From contig CBDESZ010000026.1 in the NCBI GenBank assembly GCA_965242725.1, positions 85,399 through 149,398 on the forward strand: a stretch of 64,000 bases of DNA. The letters are read 5' to 3'. Positions 29,729-38,746 of the stretch are shown here, piece by piece. A program made the translations under genes and the position numbers. Source of the DNA: Alkalispirochaeta sp. (lineage in GTDB: Bacteria > Spirochaetota > Spirochaetia > DSM-27196 > Alkalispirochaetaceae). Within the stretch, counting starts at the first letter, position 1, and each line of letters starts with the position of its first letter. The notes under the pieces were generated by a model, which had not been told where the DNA came from, did not search any database, and was given only the letters and a program-made list of their open reading frames with translations.

Positions 29729-30250
29729 TTATTTTCCCTTGCCGCCGGGAGACAGAATCATAGACATGAAACGCCCTTCCATAGCCGGTTTTTTATCGAC
29801 CTGAAAGGGAACCTCGATCATATCAACAATCTTATCGAGAACAACTTTTCCAAGTTCCGTATGGGCAAGTTCCCGTCCGCGAAACCGGATCGTCACCTTT
29901 ACTTTTGACCCCGCGTCGAGAAAGTCCTGAATATGACGGGTCTTGAACTCCAGATCGTGAGATTCGATCTTGGGCTGCATCCGGACCTCTTTCATCTTCA
30001 GAAGCTTCTGTTTCTTGCGGGACTCCCGGGCGTTTTTTTCCTGTTCGAATTTGAACTTACCGTAATCCAGCAGCTTGCACACAGGCGGTTTTGCCTGAGG
30101 TGCCACCTCAACAAGGTCGACGCCCTGTTCCTGTGCCATTTTGAGCGCTTCGAGCGTGGGGACAATGCCCAACTGCTCACCATCGCTGCCGACGAGTCGA
30201 ACTTCTCGTACCCGTATCGCCTCATTTGTGCGTAGCTCTTGTTTGGCCAA
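29729..30250 (-). CDS. infC: Translation initiation factor IF-3 (TTG at 30250 preferred over ATG at 30253)
   Basis: [39 protein letters not shown]. Confidence 0.96.
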   Translation of the reverse strand: MAKQELRTNEAIRVREVRLVGSDGEQLGIVPTLEALKMAQEQGVDLVEVAPQAKPPVCKLLDYGKFKFEQEKNARESRKKQKLLKMKEVRMQPKIESHDLEFKTRHIQDFLDAGSKVKVTIRFRGRELAHTELGKVVLDKIVDMIEVPFQVDKKPAMEGRFMSMILSPGGKGK

Positions 30251-30296
30251 CATACCTCCCGTGTGTGTTACTCATACTCCAGATTACAGGTGGAAA

Positions 30297-30325
30297 ACCA
30301 TATCATCGGCGTCAAAAAGAGTCAA
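30297..30325 (-). promoter_or_regulatory. sigma70 promoter of infC-rpmI-rplT
   Basis: TTGACT-N17-TATGGT with TG extension. Confidence 0.6.
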
Positions 30326-30478
30326 ATCCCATGAGCGCATCAATGGCTCCGGCATAGTTCTTTTTTAAGATACTCTTTTCCGCCGGAGGATTTCCATAGC
30401 AACCGGGAGATTCCATTACCCGATTCCGCAACGGGATTGCTTGTATTCCCCGGGAGAGTAGTGATACCGTTCCGTGTC

Positions 30479-31177
30479 ATGGCGCTCTTTCCAGTTCTCT
30501 TACCCGTCCTCGGGGCGATAGCATGTCTTTCCTTTTTCGGGCCGCGGTTCCGGGAGATTACCTATTTCAAGGATCTTCCTGTAACGGTTTCGACCGTCAG
30601 AAATCCCTTTGTAAAAGCGTTTTTCCTCTTTGTACCGTTTTACCTCGTGAGACTTGCGTATTTCACATACCTTGAAATGAGTTACTCCCTCGGCGGTATC
30701 TATATGTACTATCTGGTCGGCGATTATGTCGGCGTGTTTTTCATCATCGCCGGGGCGGCCTTCTTCTTTAACCGTTCACTCAGGAACCGGGAACCTCTTG
30801 AACAGTACGTCGGATACCTGACCTTCTTTACGGTCATTCTCGTACTTACCGCTTTCATGGACGCAATTCTCGGCGACGGGTACTGGACACTCTACGAGCT
30901 CTTTCTGCGGCCCCTTATCAACGTAGCCCTCCTTACCCTCATCCCGCTTTCCATTATCCATGCAGACACGGCGCGGGGAGGAGGATGGGCGGTCCTCTTT
31001 ATTCTCGTCGCCCCCTTTATTGCGGGACTGTCCGCCATGTGGAGCGAGTGGCTGCGACCGTCGTCGGCGTTGTTCGGCCTCGTTGCCGTATGCGGTTTTT
31101 CGGTTTTCGGCGTATATTGGCAGCTCTTCCGAACCGCCGGCGGCACGGGAGGCGATGCAACCACCGGTGAGCCCTAA
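30479..31177 (+). CDS. Hypothetical integral membrane protein
   Basis: About 7 hydrophobic segments; no recognisable motif. Confidence 0.7.
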   Translation: MALFPVLLPVLGAIACLSFFGPRFREITYFKDLPVTVSTVRNPFVKAFFLFVPFYLVRLAYFTYLEMSYSLGGIYMYYLVGDYVGVFFIIAGAAFFFNRSLRNREPLEQYVGYLTFFTVILVLTAFMDAILGDGYWTLYELFLRPLINVALLTLIPLSIIHADTARGGGWAVLFILVAPFIAGLSAMWSEWLRPSSALFGLVAVCGFSVFGVYWQLFRTAGGTGGDATTGEP

Positions 31178-31905
31178 ATCTGTTCTACCGATTGTCGCAA
31201 TTGCATTCCTTCTTCCTGCGCTCATCGGGTGCGCTCCTCCGGCCGTACTCTATATACCTGAATCTCTGACGGAGCCGCCCTTGCGGGAGGTGCTGGAGGA
31301 TTCCCTTCCGTCGCAGGCGGGAAGGCGCCCGACGGTATCGCTGAGGTCCAGGGAGGAATTCCCGGGGAGGAGCGACGTCGTCCTTTCAAACGATTCATTC
31401 GTCATATGCACCTCCGACGGCGGACGGTGCGCAACACTTCTCTTTGACGGGGCGGGAATCACGGAACGTATCGAGGAGGCGGCGGCGTATCTTCTCGCCG
31501 ACCCGCATATTGAACGGGTCATCGTTGCCCTGGACGACGACCGCAGACGTGTTGCGGATACCCTCAGGACGGGATCATCGGTTGAAATTCGCATTCAACA
31601 TGAAAGAGACGCGTCAAATTCTTTCGAATCCCTCGCCGGAGAGGTGGCCTCGTCTGAAGTTGGGGTTTATACTGTTACTGGGGCGGGAGAACGGAGGTAT
31701 TCTCCGCAGCATGGGAGTTACCGACGGTACGCGCCGGGTCGTGGCTGAGTTTCTGCTGCCCGCCGGCGGTGACCGGTTGGCGGCTGCCGGATACCCTCTC
31801 GCCGGCGTGATCAGTTACTCTTGGACGGAGGCGGTCGACCGCTTCCTTCGGGGGGACGCTGAAGGGGACAGAATTAACGTTCCATTGCAATTTTTCCGAT
31901 ATTGA
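31155..31905 (+). CDS. Hypothetical lipoprotein, frameshifted near 31662
   Basis: Signal peptide with LIGC lipobox; removing one G from the G4 run at 31662-31665 joins it to the 31444-31905 frame. Confidence 0.55.
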
Positions 31906-31919
31906 GGGACACATGTGGT

Positions 31920-31949
31920 TTGACAAAGGGAATGGTCGGTTTCTATAAT
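31920..31949 (+). promoter_or_regulatory. Strong sigma70 promoter for the flaA pair
   Basis: TTGACA-N18-TATAAT. Confidence 0.8.
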
Positions 31950-32009
31950 GCCGAAGATGAATAGGTATATCATCCCCGTTATTTTGACGCACTCGATAAG
32001 GAGCAAAGC

Positions 32010-32780
32010 ATGAAAATAGGTCGCCTGCTCGGTATTGGCCTTCTTGCCGTGTTGTTAATGCCCATGGTGGCTTTCGGACAACAAGAAGCAACGACCAACT
32101 ACCAGTCAATCGTGATAGAGGATTTTGACAATCCCGAGGAAAGCCGGTGGACTGTCCAAGCGAGCAAGTTTATCGCGGAAGGCTACCCGCGACAGGCGTC
32201 GGTCAATACATGGCCGGAGGCGTTGTATCGACGGGAGCCGGAAGGAAGGACGCTGCGCGCCCTGGGTGTACAGGCGGCATTTGATCGACAGGGGTATAAC
32301 TTTCTCGAGTTCATACCGGTGGAAGAAAACGAAAACGGCGAGGAAGTCCCCCGGGGAATCCCGATTCCCGGTAAGGTCAACAACATGGATATCTGGGTCT
32401 GGGGTTCAAACTTCGACTACTACATGGATGTCCACCTTCGCGACTATCGCGGAATGACCCACGTTGTCCGCCTTGGTGATATCAACTATCGCGGTTGGAG
32501 AAATACACGCATCAACATTCCCACCTGGATTCCTCAGGACACTCGTTACGTCGCAGAGTTGCGCAACGGCGAGTTTGCCTCGGATTTACGTGGTCTCGAG
32601 CTTACAAAACTCGTATTGTGGACGCGTCCGCAGGAACGGGTGAACGGATTTTTTGTCTACATCGACGAAATTAAAGTGGAAACCGACATGTATCGTGATC
32701 CTTTTGACGGCGAAGAGCTGCGGGATGCCGAATACGTGCAGGAATTGTGGGCCAACGCGTCTGAAGGCGAGGGGAATTAA
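32010..32780 (+). CDS. flaA: Flagellar filament outer layer (sheath) protein, FlaA family
   Basis: Signal peptide, FDRQGYN, DIWVWGSNFDY, LGDINYRGW, FFVYIDEIK. Confidence 0.88.
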   Translation: MKIGRLLGIGLLAVLLMPMVAFGQQEATTNYQSIVIEDFDNPEESRWTVQASKFIAEGYPRQASVNTWPEALYRREPEGRTLRALGVQAAFDRQGYNFLEFIPVEENENGEEVPRGIPIPGKVNNMDIWVWGSNFDYYMDVHLRDYRGMTHVVRLGDINYRGWRNTRINIPTWIPQDTRYVAELRNGEFASDLRGLELTKLVLWTRPQERVNGFFVYIDEIKVETDMYRDPFDGEELRDAEYVQELWANASEGEGN

Positions 32781-32783
32781 ACC

Positions 32784-33488
32784 ATGAAACGAGTAATTGT
32801 GTTGGCGTCTATAGTGGCGCTCCTGAGTGTGGCCGGGGTTTTTGCCCAGGAAACTCAACCGGATCCCGAATCTCTCGGGGTGGATACGGCTCAACAGAAC
32901 CTTCAAGAAATTTCAATCGATCGGTTTGAGGATCCCGGATTCTGGTTGTCGTCCATACCGGCCGACCGTGGCCTGATCATGCATCGCCGCGTTCAGGGCG
33001 GTCCCATGGACAAGGAACCGATTCCGGCGGAGGTGGAAGCGGGCATCGAACCGACCGACGAAAACGTCATCGGCGTCAAAGCTGATTTTTATCGCCGCGG
33101 GCCCGTTACGATCTCCCTTGTGCCCACGCGACCGCTAGCAGTTCCCGGTATCGTGAAGACGCTCTCACTCTGGGTCGTCGGACGGAATTTCAACCACCGT
33201 CTCAACATCATCCTGGAAGACTACTACGGGAACATCGCGGTCCTGCCCATGGGCAGACTGAATTTCAGCGGCTGGAAACAGCTTACCGTGGCGATTCCGC
33301 CGACGATGGTGCAGCGTAATCCTCATTACACCGTCGAGACGGGTATCAGGGTACGGGGATTCACAATTGATACCAATATCAACGAAACCTACGGAACCTA
33401 CTACGTCTACTTTGATGATCTGCGGGCGGTGACGGACCTCTTCGGTGAAGAGGCTCGTGATCCCGACGACATGGTCGACAATTGGTAA
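32784..33488 (+). CDS. flaA: Second FlaA-family sheath protein
   Basis: Signal peptide, SIDRFED, SLWVVGRNF, LNFSGWKQL, YVYFDDLRAVTD. Confidence 0.88.
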   Translation: MKRVIVLASIVALLSVAGVFAQETQPDPESLGVDTAQQNLQEISIDRFEDPGFWLSSIPADRGLIMHRRVQGGPMDKEPIPAEVEAGIEPTDENVIGVKADFYRRGPVTISLVPTRPLAVPGIVKTLSLWVVGRNFNHRLNIILEDYYGNIAVLPMGRLNFSGWKQLTVAIPPTMVQRNPHYTVETGIRVRGFTIDTNINETYGTYYVYFDDLRAVTDLFGEEARDPDDMVDNW

Positions 33489-33513
33489 GTTCTTTTTCTT
33501 CAAGGAATGTAGT

Positions 33514-33540
33514 AGCCTCCCCCCGGGGAGGCTTTTTTTT
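33514..33540 (+). terminator. Rho-independent terminator after the flaA pair
   Basis: AGCCTCCC-cccg-GGGAGGCT followed by a T run. Confidence 0.85.
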
Positions 33541-34740
33541 ATGAGACCTGGGCGAGAGTTTCTTCGCCACGCGTACTTTTTTCGTGAGCTCGATGATTCT
33601 GTAATCGACGCGGTATCCCGGGTCTGTGGAGAGATCTCATTTCCCGCAGGGGAGATCATTTTCCGGGAAGGTGAGCGGGGCAATACGCTTTTTATCGTCC
33701 TGTCCGGTGAGATCGGCGTGTGGAAACACTACGGGATGGATGACGAGAGCCTCCTCTTTCGTAATCAGACGGGCAGGATATTCGGTGAAATGGCCCTTGT
33801 TGACGAGCTGCCCCGAAGCGCCACCGCCGTCGCGATGGAAGACAGCGATCTTCTCTACCTGCGGCGTGACGATTTTGCACAGCTTGTCGGGCGGTATCCG
33901 GACCTTGCCATCTCCATCATGCGCTCCCTTTCCGCCATTGTTCGTGAAAGCAACGACAGTTTTGTCGCGGACCTCCATCGACGCAATCAGGAGCTGGAAG
34001 AAGCGTACCGGAAACTTGAAAAAGCGCAGAATGATCTCCTTGCACAGGAGCGTCTCTCCAACCTCGGAAAGATTTCAAATATGATTCTTCACGACATCCG
34101 TAATCCGGTTTCCGTGCTCAGGGGGTACGCGGATACCCTTGAAAAGAGCGCAAACAATCCGGACCGCGTTCGTGAGTTTGCAGGAAGGGTAAAGACCGAG
34201 GCCGACCGGCTCGCCAACCTTGCGGGAGAACTGCTGGACTACTCCCGGGGGGAAATTCGGCTGGATCTCTCCGTCAGCAATCCGAGTACGATCATTTCCA
34301 CAGCCCTGGAGTATCTGGTGCATCGTCTCGATGCGGCGGGGGTGACGGTGTCGACTGAAATTCGCAACGATACGGCGGTGGTCGTCGATTTTCAACGCAT
34401 GGTTCGATCCGTCCTCAACCTGCTGGATAACGCGGGGAAGGCGTGTCACAGCGGTGACGTCATTTCCATTTGTGCCGATCGATCTGAACAGTACTGGTGG
34501 TTTACGATAAGCGATACCGGAGAGGGGATGTCCGAGGAGACGAGGGAACGGATGTTTGAACCGTTCTTTTCCGTTTCTTCCCGGGGCGGCTCGGGGCTTG
34601 GACTTGTAATCGTCAGGAATACCGTAGAGGCACACGGCGGAAAGCTCTCTGTACAGTCCGCACTGGGGAAGGGAACGACATTTACCGTTACCATTCCGGT
34701 TCGCGCGGGAATGGTACAGCGCAACCCGGAGGCATTGTGA
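33541..34740 (+). CDS. Cyclic nucleotide-binding sensor histidine kinase
   Basis: FGEMAL...PRSATA cNMP motif; HDIRNP H-box; NLLDNA, DTGEG, GSGLGL boxes. Confidence 0.9.
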   Translation: MRPGREFLRHAYFFRELDDSVIDAVSRVCGEISFPAGEIIFREGERGNTLFIVLSGEIGVWKHYGMDDESLLFRNQTGRIFGEMALVDELPRSATAVAMEDSDLLYLRRDDFAQLVGRYPDLAISIMRSLSAIVRESNDSFVADLHRRNQELEEAYRKLEKAQNDLLAQERLSNLGKISNMILHDIRNPVSVLRGYADTLEKSANNPDRVREFAGRVKTEADRLANLAGELLDYSRGEIRLDLSVSNPSTIISTALEYLVHRLDAAGVTVSTEIRNDTAVVVDFQRMVRSVLNLLDNAGKACHSGDVISICADRSEQYWWFTISDTGEGMSEETRERMFEPFFSVSSRGGSGLGLVIVRNTVEAHGGKLSVQSALGKGTTFTVTIPVRAGMVQRNPEAL

Positions 34741-35747
34741 CGGCAGGAATGGTTACCTTCTATTCCGTACTGGTAGTCATCGGTATGGGGCTTCTGTACC
34801 TCGGCGGCGGGGGGCTCGTGAAAGGTGCCGGCGGAATGGCGCTGCATTTTCGTATTCCGCCCCTCGTCATCGGATTGACCGTCGTTGCCTTCGGCACGTC
34901 GGCGCCGGAGCTGTTCGTGAGCGTCCTCTCCGCGCTTCAGGGGAAAATGGGCGTCTCGATCGGTAATGTGGTGGGCAGCAACGTCATAAACATCGCGCTT
35001 ATTCTCGGAATTTCCGCGGTGGCCAGACCGGCACCGGTCGATCGGGGCGTCATCAGGATTGATGCCCCCTTTATGCTTTTTACCTATCTCCTCGTCGCGC
35101 TGGCGGCTGTCCAACTCGGAGGCGCCCCCGCGGTCTGGCTGGGGGGTGTTATGGAACGATGGGAAGGACTGGCTCTCGCTGCGGTCCTCGTCTGGTATGT
35201 GCTGCTTCTCTATCGTCGCAGCGTACACACGAAGCGTACCTCCGCGCCCCTCGTAGAGTCATTACCCGATGAGCGTGACGCATCACGGTCGGTGGCGATG
35301 GACATCGTTCTGGTCGGCGGCGGGATTGCCGCACTCGCCGTCGGGGCGGAGCTGCTTGTACGCGGCGCAAGCACCCTGGCGACGGATGTGTTCGGCGCGA
35401 GCGACCGTTTTGTCGGCATCGTCATCGTCGCATTCGGCACGAGTCTCCCCGAGCTCTTCACTACCATCGCCGGCATCAGCCGGGGAGAAATGGATATATC
35501 CGTCGGCAATATCGTGGGCAGCAACATATTCAATTCGCTTATGGTTCTGGGAATGACGGCGATGGTACGTCCCATTGAGATCGGCACCACCGATTACCGT
35601 GGCGATTTTGCCTTTATGGTCGGAACGACACTGCTATTGGTTCTGTTTCTGGCGGCCAGGCGAAAGGTGCCACGGGCGGGCGGAGTGCTTTTTCTGACGA
35701 TATACGTCGCGTATTTCACGTTCCTGGTAATGACCAGAACGGTGTAA
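34737..35747 (+). CDS. Calcium/sodium antiporter (YrbG family)
   Basis: Duplicated GTSAPE/GTSLPE and GNVVGSN/GNIVGSN alpha repeats. Confidence 0.92.
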   Translation: MTAGMVTFYSVLVVIGMGLLYLGGGGLVKGAGGMALHFRIPPLVIGLTVVAFGTSAPELFVSVLSALQGKMGVSIGNVVGSNVINIALILGISAVARPAPVDRGVIRIDAPFMLFTYLLVALAAVQLGGAPAVWLGGVMERWEGLALAAVLVWYVLLLYRRSVHTKRTSAPLVESLPDERDASRSVAMDIVLVGGGIAALAVGAELLVRGASTLATDVFGASDRFVGIVIVAFGTSLPELFTTIAGISRGEMDISVGNIVGSNIFNSLMVLGMTAMVRPIEIGTTDYRGDFAFMVGTTLLLVLFLAARRKVPRAGGVLFLTIYVAYFTFLVMTRTV

Positions 35748-35767
35748 CTGTATTCAGGGAGAGACAG

Positions 35768-36670
35768 TTGGCACGTAGTGTAGATTTAATCGGTATCACC
35801 CTCATTGGAGCCGTCGCAAATATCATTCTCGCCGCCGGTAAGATCGTCGGCGGAATCTTTGCCTTCAGTGCCGCTCTCGTCGCCGACGGAGTCCACTCCC
35901 TTTCCGACCTCGCGACGGATGCGATTGTCGTTTTTGGGGTCAAGGCTGCGAGGCGGCCGCCGGATGACAACCACACCTTCGGCCACTGGAGATATGAGAC
36001 GATCAGTGCCCTCTTTGTCGGGTTGTTTCTTATTGCCGCGGGGATAGCCATTGGATGGCAGGGTGTTGAACGAATCGGCCATATCCTGGAAGGGGGGGCC
36101 GTCCCGCCGCCGCGAAGCCTCGCGGTCTGGCTCGCCGCGATATCGATCATTACCAAGGAAATCCTCTTTCGGGTTACCCGGCGGATCGGCTGGAATCAGG
36201 GAAGTACCGCCATCGTCGCAAACGCGTGGCATCACCGCTCCGACGCGTTGAGTTCCGTCGCATCGTTCTTCGGCATATCGGGAGCGATCATTTTTGGAGA
36301 TCACTGGGTGATACTCGACCCGTTGACGGCGATTGTCGTTGCCGTTCTTATCGTCTATGTCGGGGCTCGGACCGGTGTTGAGGCACTTCGGGAAATGTCG
36401 GACTATTCCCTGTCGGAAGAGGAGTGTAACGAGTTGCTCACGATCGTTGCCGACGTACCCGGTGTAAGTGATCCCCACAACCTCAAGACGCGCCGACTTG
36501 GCCCGGTGGTGGCGATTGAAGTCCACTTCCGTGTCCGCGGGGCAATGACCGTCAGGGACGGACACGTTCGTGCGACGGAAGTGGAACGACGTGTACGGGA
36601 ACGTTTCGGTCCGGAGACGCGGGTCATCACCCATGTGGAGCCGGAACTGCCGCAACAGGATGTCAATTAA
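35768..36670 (+). CDS. Cation diffusion facilitator transporter (FieF-like)
   Basis: HSLSD and HHRSD metal sites, HTFGHWRYE, C-terminal THVEP. Confidence 0.92.
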   Translation: MARSVDLIGITLIGAVANIILAAGKIVGGIFAFSAALVADGVHSLSDLATDAIVVFGVKAARRPPDDNHTFGHWRYETISALFVGLFLIAAGIAIGWQGVERIGHILEGGAVPPPRSLAVWLAAISIITKEILFRVTRRIGWNQGSTAIVANAWHHRSDALSSVASFFGISGAIIFGDHWVILDPLTAIVVAVLIVYVGARTGVEALREMSDYSLSEEECNELLTIVADVPGVSDPHNLKTRRLGPVVAIEVHFRVRGAMTVRDGHVRATEVERRVRERFGPETRVITHVEPELPQQDVN

Positions 36671-36672
36671 TA

Positions 36673-36744
36673 ATGTGAAAGAATTCACAATAAAAAACAA
36701 AATGATCAGTTAATGTTGCATCATTCGGAATAATATTTTACAAT
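36673..36744 (+). promoter_or_regulatory. Rex-type operator plus sigma70 promoter upstream of NDH-2
   Basis: ATGTGAA-agaa-TTCACAA (36673-36690), one mismatch to TTGTGAA-N4-TTCACAA; TTGCAT-N17-TACAAT (36716-36744). Confidence 0.75.
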
Positions 36745-36769
36745 CGATCATTCGATTCACGGAGGCTAC

Positions 36770-38746
36770 ATGAGCGAAAAGATAAAGATTGTAATACTTG
36801 GTGGTGGTTACGGAGGGGTTCATGCGGCCAAGCAGCTATACAAGAGGTACAAGCGTCGGAACGACGTGGAAATTACTCTTATAGATAAGAACCCTTACCA
36901 TACCCTTATGACGGAATTGCACGAAATTGCCGGATCCAGAACGGAACCGGAAGCGGTGCAAATCAGCTTTCATAAGATATTCGGCGGAAAACGGATCAAC
37001 GTCGCCATCGACGAGATCACCGGGGTCGATTTTGACGAGAAAGTGCTGAAGTCAAAAGACTCCACCTATGCCTATGACTATCTTGTCATCGGCGCGGGCG
37101 GTGCGCCGGAGTTCTTTGATATTCCCGGCGTTCAGGAGAACTGTTTTACCCTGTGGTCTCTGGAAGACGCGATCCGTATCAGAACCCACGTGGAAAACCG
37201 GTTCCGGGAAGCGGCAAAAGAGCCGAATACGCTGCGACGCCGCCAGCTTCTGACCTTTACCATCGCCGGTGCAGGATTTACCGGTATCGAGCTGGCAGGG
37301 GAGCTGCTGGAACGGCGGGATGTACTCTGTCCCAAGTATCACATCGATCCCAATGAGGTGCGGGTACTTATCATCGAGGCAAAGGACTCGATTCTGCCCA
37401 TTTTTCACGGTAAGCCGAAAAAGAAAGCGGAAGTGCGTCTGAGCAAAATGGGAGCCGAGGTGATGCTCAACACGATGATCACCGGAGCCGACGAAGGAAT
37501 CGTCAAACTCGGTGATGAAGAGATCAAGACGGATACATTTATCTGGACCGCCGGTATTCACGGCGGTGAGTTCAGCACCCGCGTGGATCTGACCAAAGGT
37601 CATACCGCCCGGGGAGAGTGCTCCGTCGCATCAATCGAAGGTATTCACGGTATGGCCGGATGTGCCTTTGACGAAGATGAACGATATGTCGTCGGGCAGC
37701 GCGGACGCCTGCTTGTGAACGACTACATGCAGTCGGTGGATCGGAAGAACGTCTTCATCGTCGGTGATATCAACTGGTACGTCGAAGAAGAGCACGTTCT
37801 GCCGCAGGTTGTTGAGACGGCGTTGCAGACAGCTGAGACGGCGGCAAAAAACATCATTGCCGAAATCGACGGCAAGGAAAAAGAAGAGTTCAAATCCAAC
37901 TATCACGGATTCATGGTCTCCGTGGGCAGCAAGTACGGTGTCGCCCACGTGATGGGGATGTCTCTTTCGGGCTTTTTTGCCCTTGGGGTGAAACACCTCA
38001 TCAACCTTCACTACCTCTTCGGCGTGGCCGGTATCAATGCGGTGTGGGAATATATCCGCGAGGAGTTCCTCACTATCAAGGATCGCCGTTCCATGTTTGG
38101 AGGTCACTTCGCGTGGAAGGTACCGGTATACTGGGCCGTTCCGTTGCGACTCTTTCTCGGTGCAAAGTGGCTTACTGAAGGCATCAAGCACATCACTGAA
38201 GGATGGTTGAATCCGGGCGACGGCGGAATCTTCAATGTCGCTGCAGATGCGGTCCGCCTTCCGGGAGTGGTTCTGAGCGATGCCGCGGCGGCGGCAACCG
38301 ACGCCGCAACCGCCGCCTCCGGCGCGTGGGAAGAGGGAGCGGAAGCGGTCGCCTCTACTGCAGCGTCCTATGGTGAGCCGCTCATGCAGGCACTTGGCGC
38401 CTATACATGGTTTGCGGAAAATATTTTGAGCACCTTTCCGACCCTGGCTTTTCTCCTCCAGGCGAGTGTCGTCATCCTGCAGGTCTGTATCGGTCTCGCC
38501 CTCATCGGCGGTCTGCTGACCTTCCCCGCCGCGGTGGTTTCCATCGGTTTTGGTCTGATGTTTATCGCATCCGGCTGGGGCAACCCGGAACTATTGTGGT
38601 ACATCGCCGCATCGATCGTCATGCTTGGCGGTGCCGGTCGGGGATTCGGACTTGACCACTGGGTCATGCCGTGGCTGAAAAAGTGGTGGAACGCCCGCGG
38701 AATTGCGAAGCGGACCTATCTGTACACCGGCGAACCCCGCGACTGA
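36770..38746 (+). CDS. Type II NADH dehydrogenase with C-terminal DoxX-like membrane domain
   Basis: GGGYGG, GAGFTGIELAGE, IVGD; C-terminal PLRLFLG..WLTEG and GAGRGFGLDHW membrane domain. Confidence 0.85.
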   Translation: MSEKIKIVILGGGYGGVHAAKQLYKRYKRRNDVEITLIDKNPYHTLMTELHEIAGSRTEPEAVQISFHKIFGGKRINVAIDEITGVDFDEKVLKSKDSTYAYDYLVIGAGGAPEFFDIPGVQENCFTLWSLEDAIRIRTHVENRFREAAKEPNTLRRRQLLTFTIAGAGFTGIELAGELLERRDVLCPKYHIDPNEVRVLIIEAKDSILPIFHGKPKKKAEVRLSKMGAEVMLNTMITGADEGIVKLGDEEIKTDTFIWTAGIHGGEFSTRVDLTKGHTARGECSVASIEGIHGMAGCAFDEDERYVVGQRGRLLVNDYMQSVDRKNVFIVGDINWYVEEEHVLPQVVETALQTAETAAKNIIAEIDGKEKEEFKSNYHGFMVSVGSKYGVAHVMGMSLSGFFALGVKHLINLHYLFGVAGINAVWEYIREEFLTIKDRRSMFGGHFAWKVPVYWAVPLRLFLGAKWLTEGIKHITEGWLNPGDGGIFNVAADAVRLPGVVLSDAAAAATDAATAASGAWEEGAEAVASTAASYGEPLMQALGAYTWFAENILSTFPTLAFLLQASVVILQVCIGLALIGGLLTFPAAVVSIGFGLMFIASGWGNPELLWYIAASIVMLGGAGRGFGLDHWVMPWLKKWWNARGIAKRTYLYTGEPRD

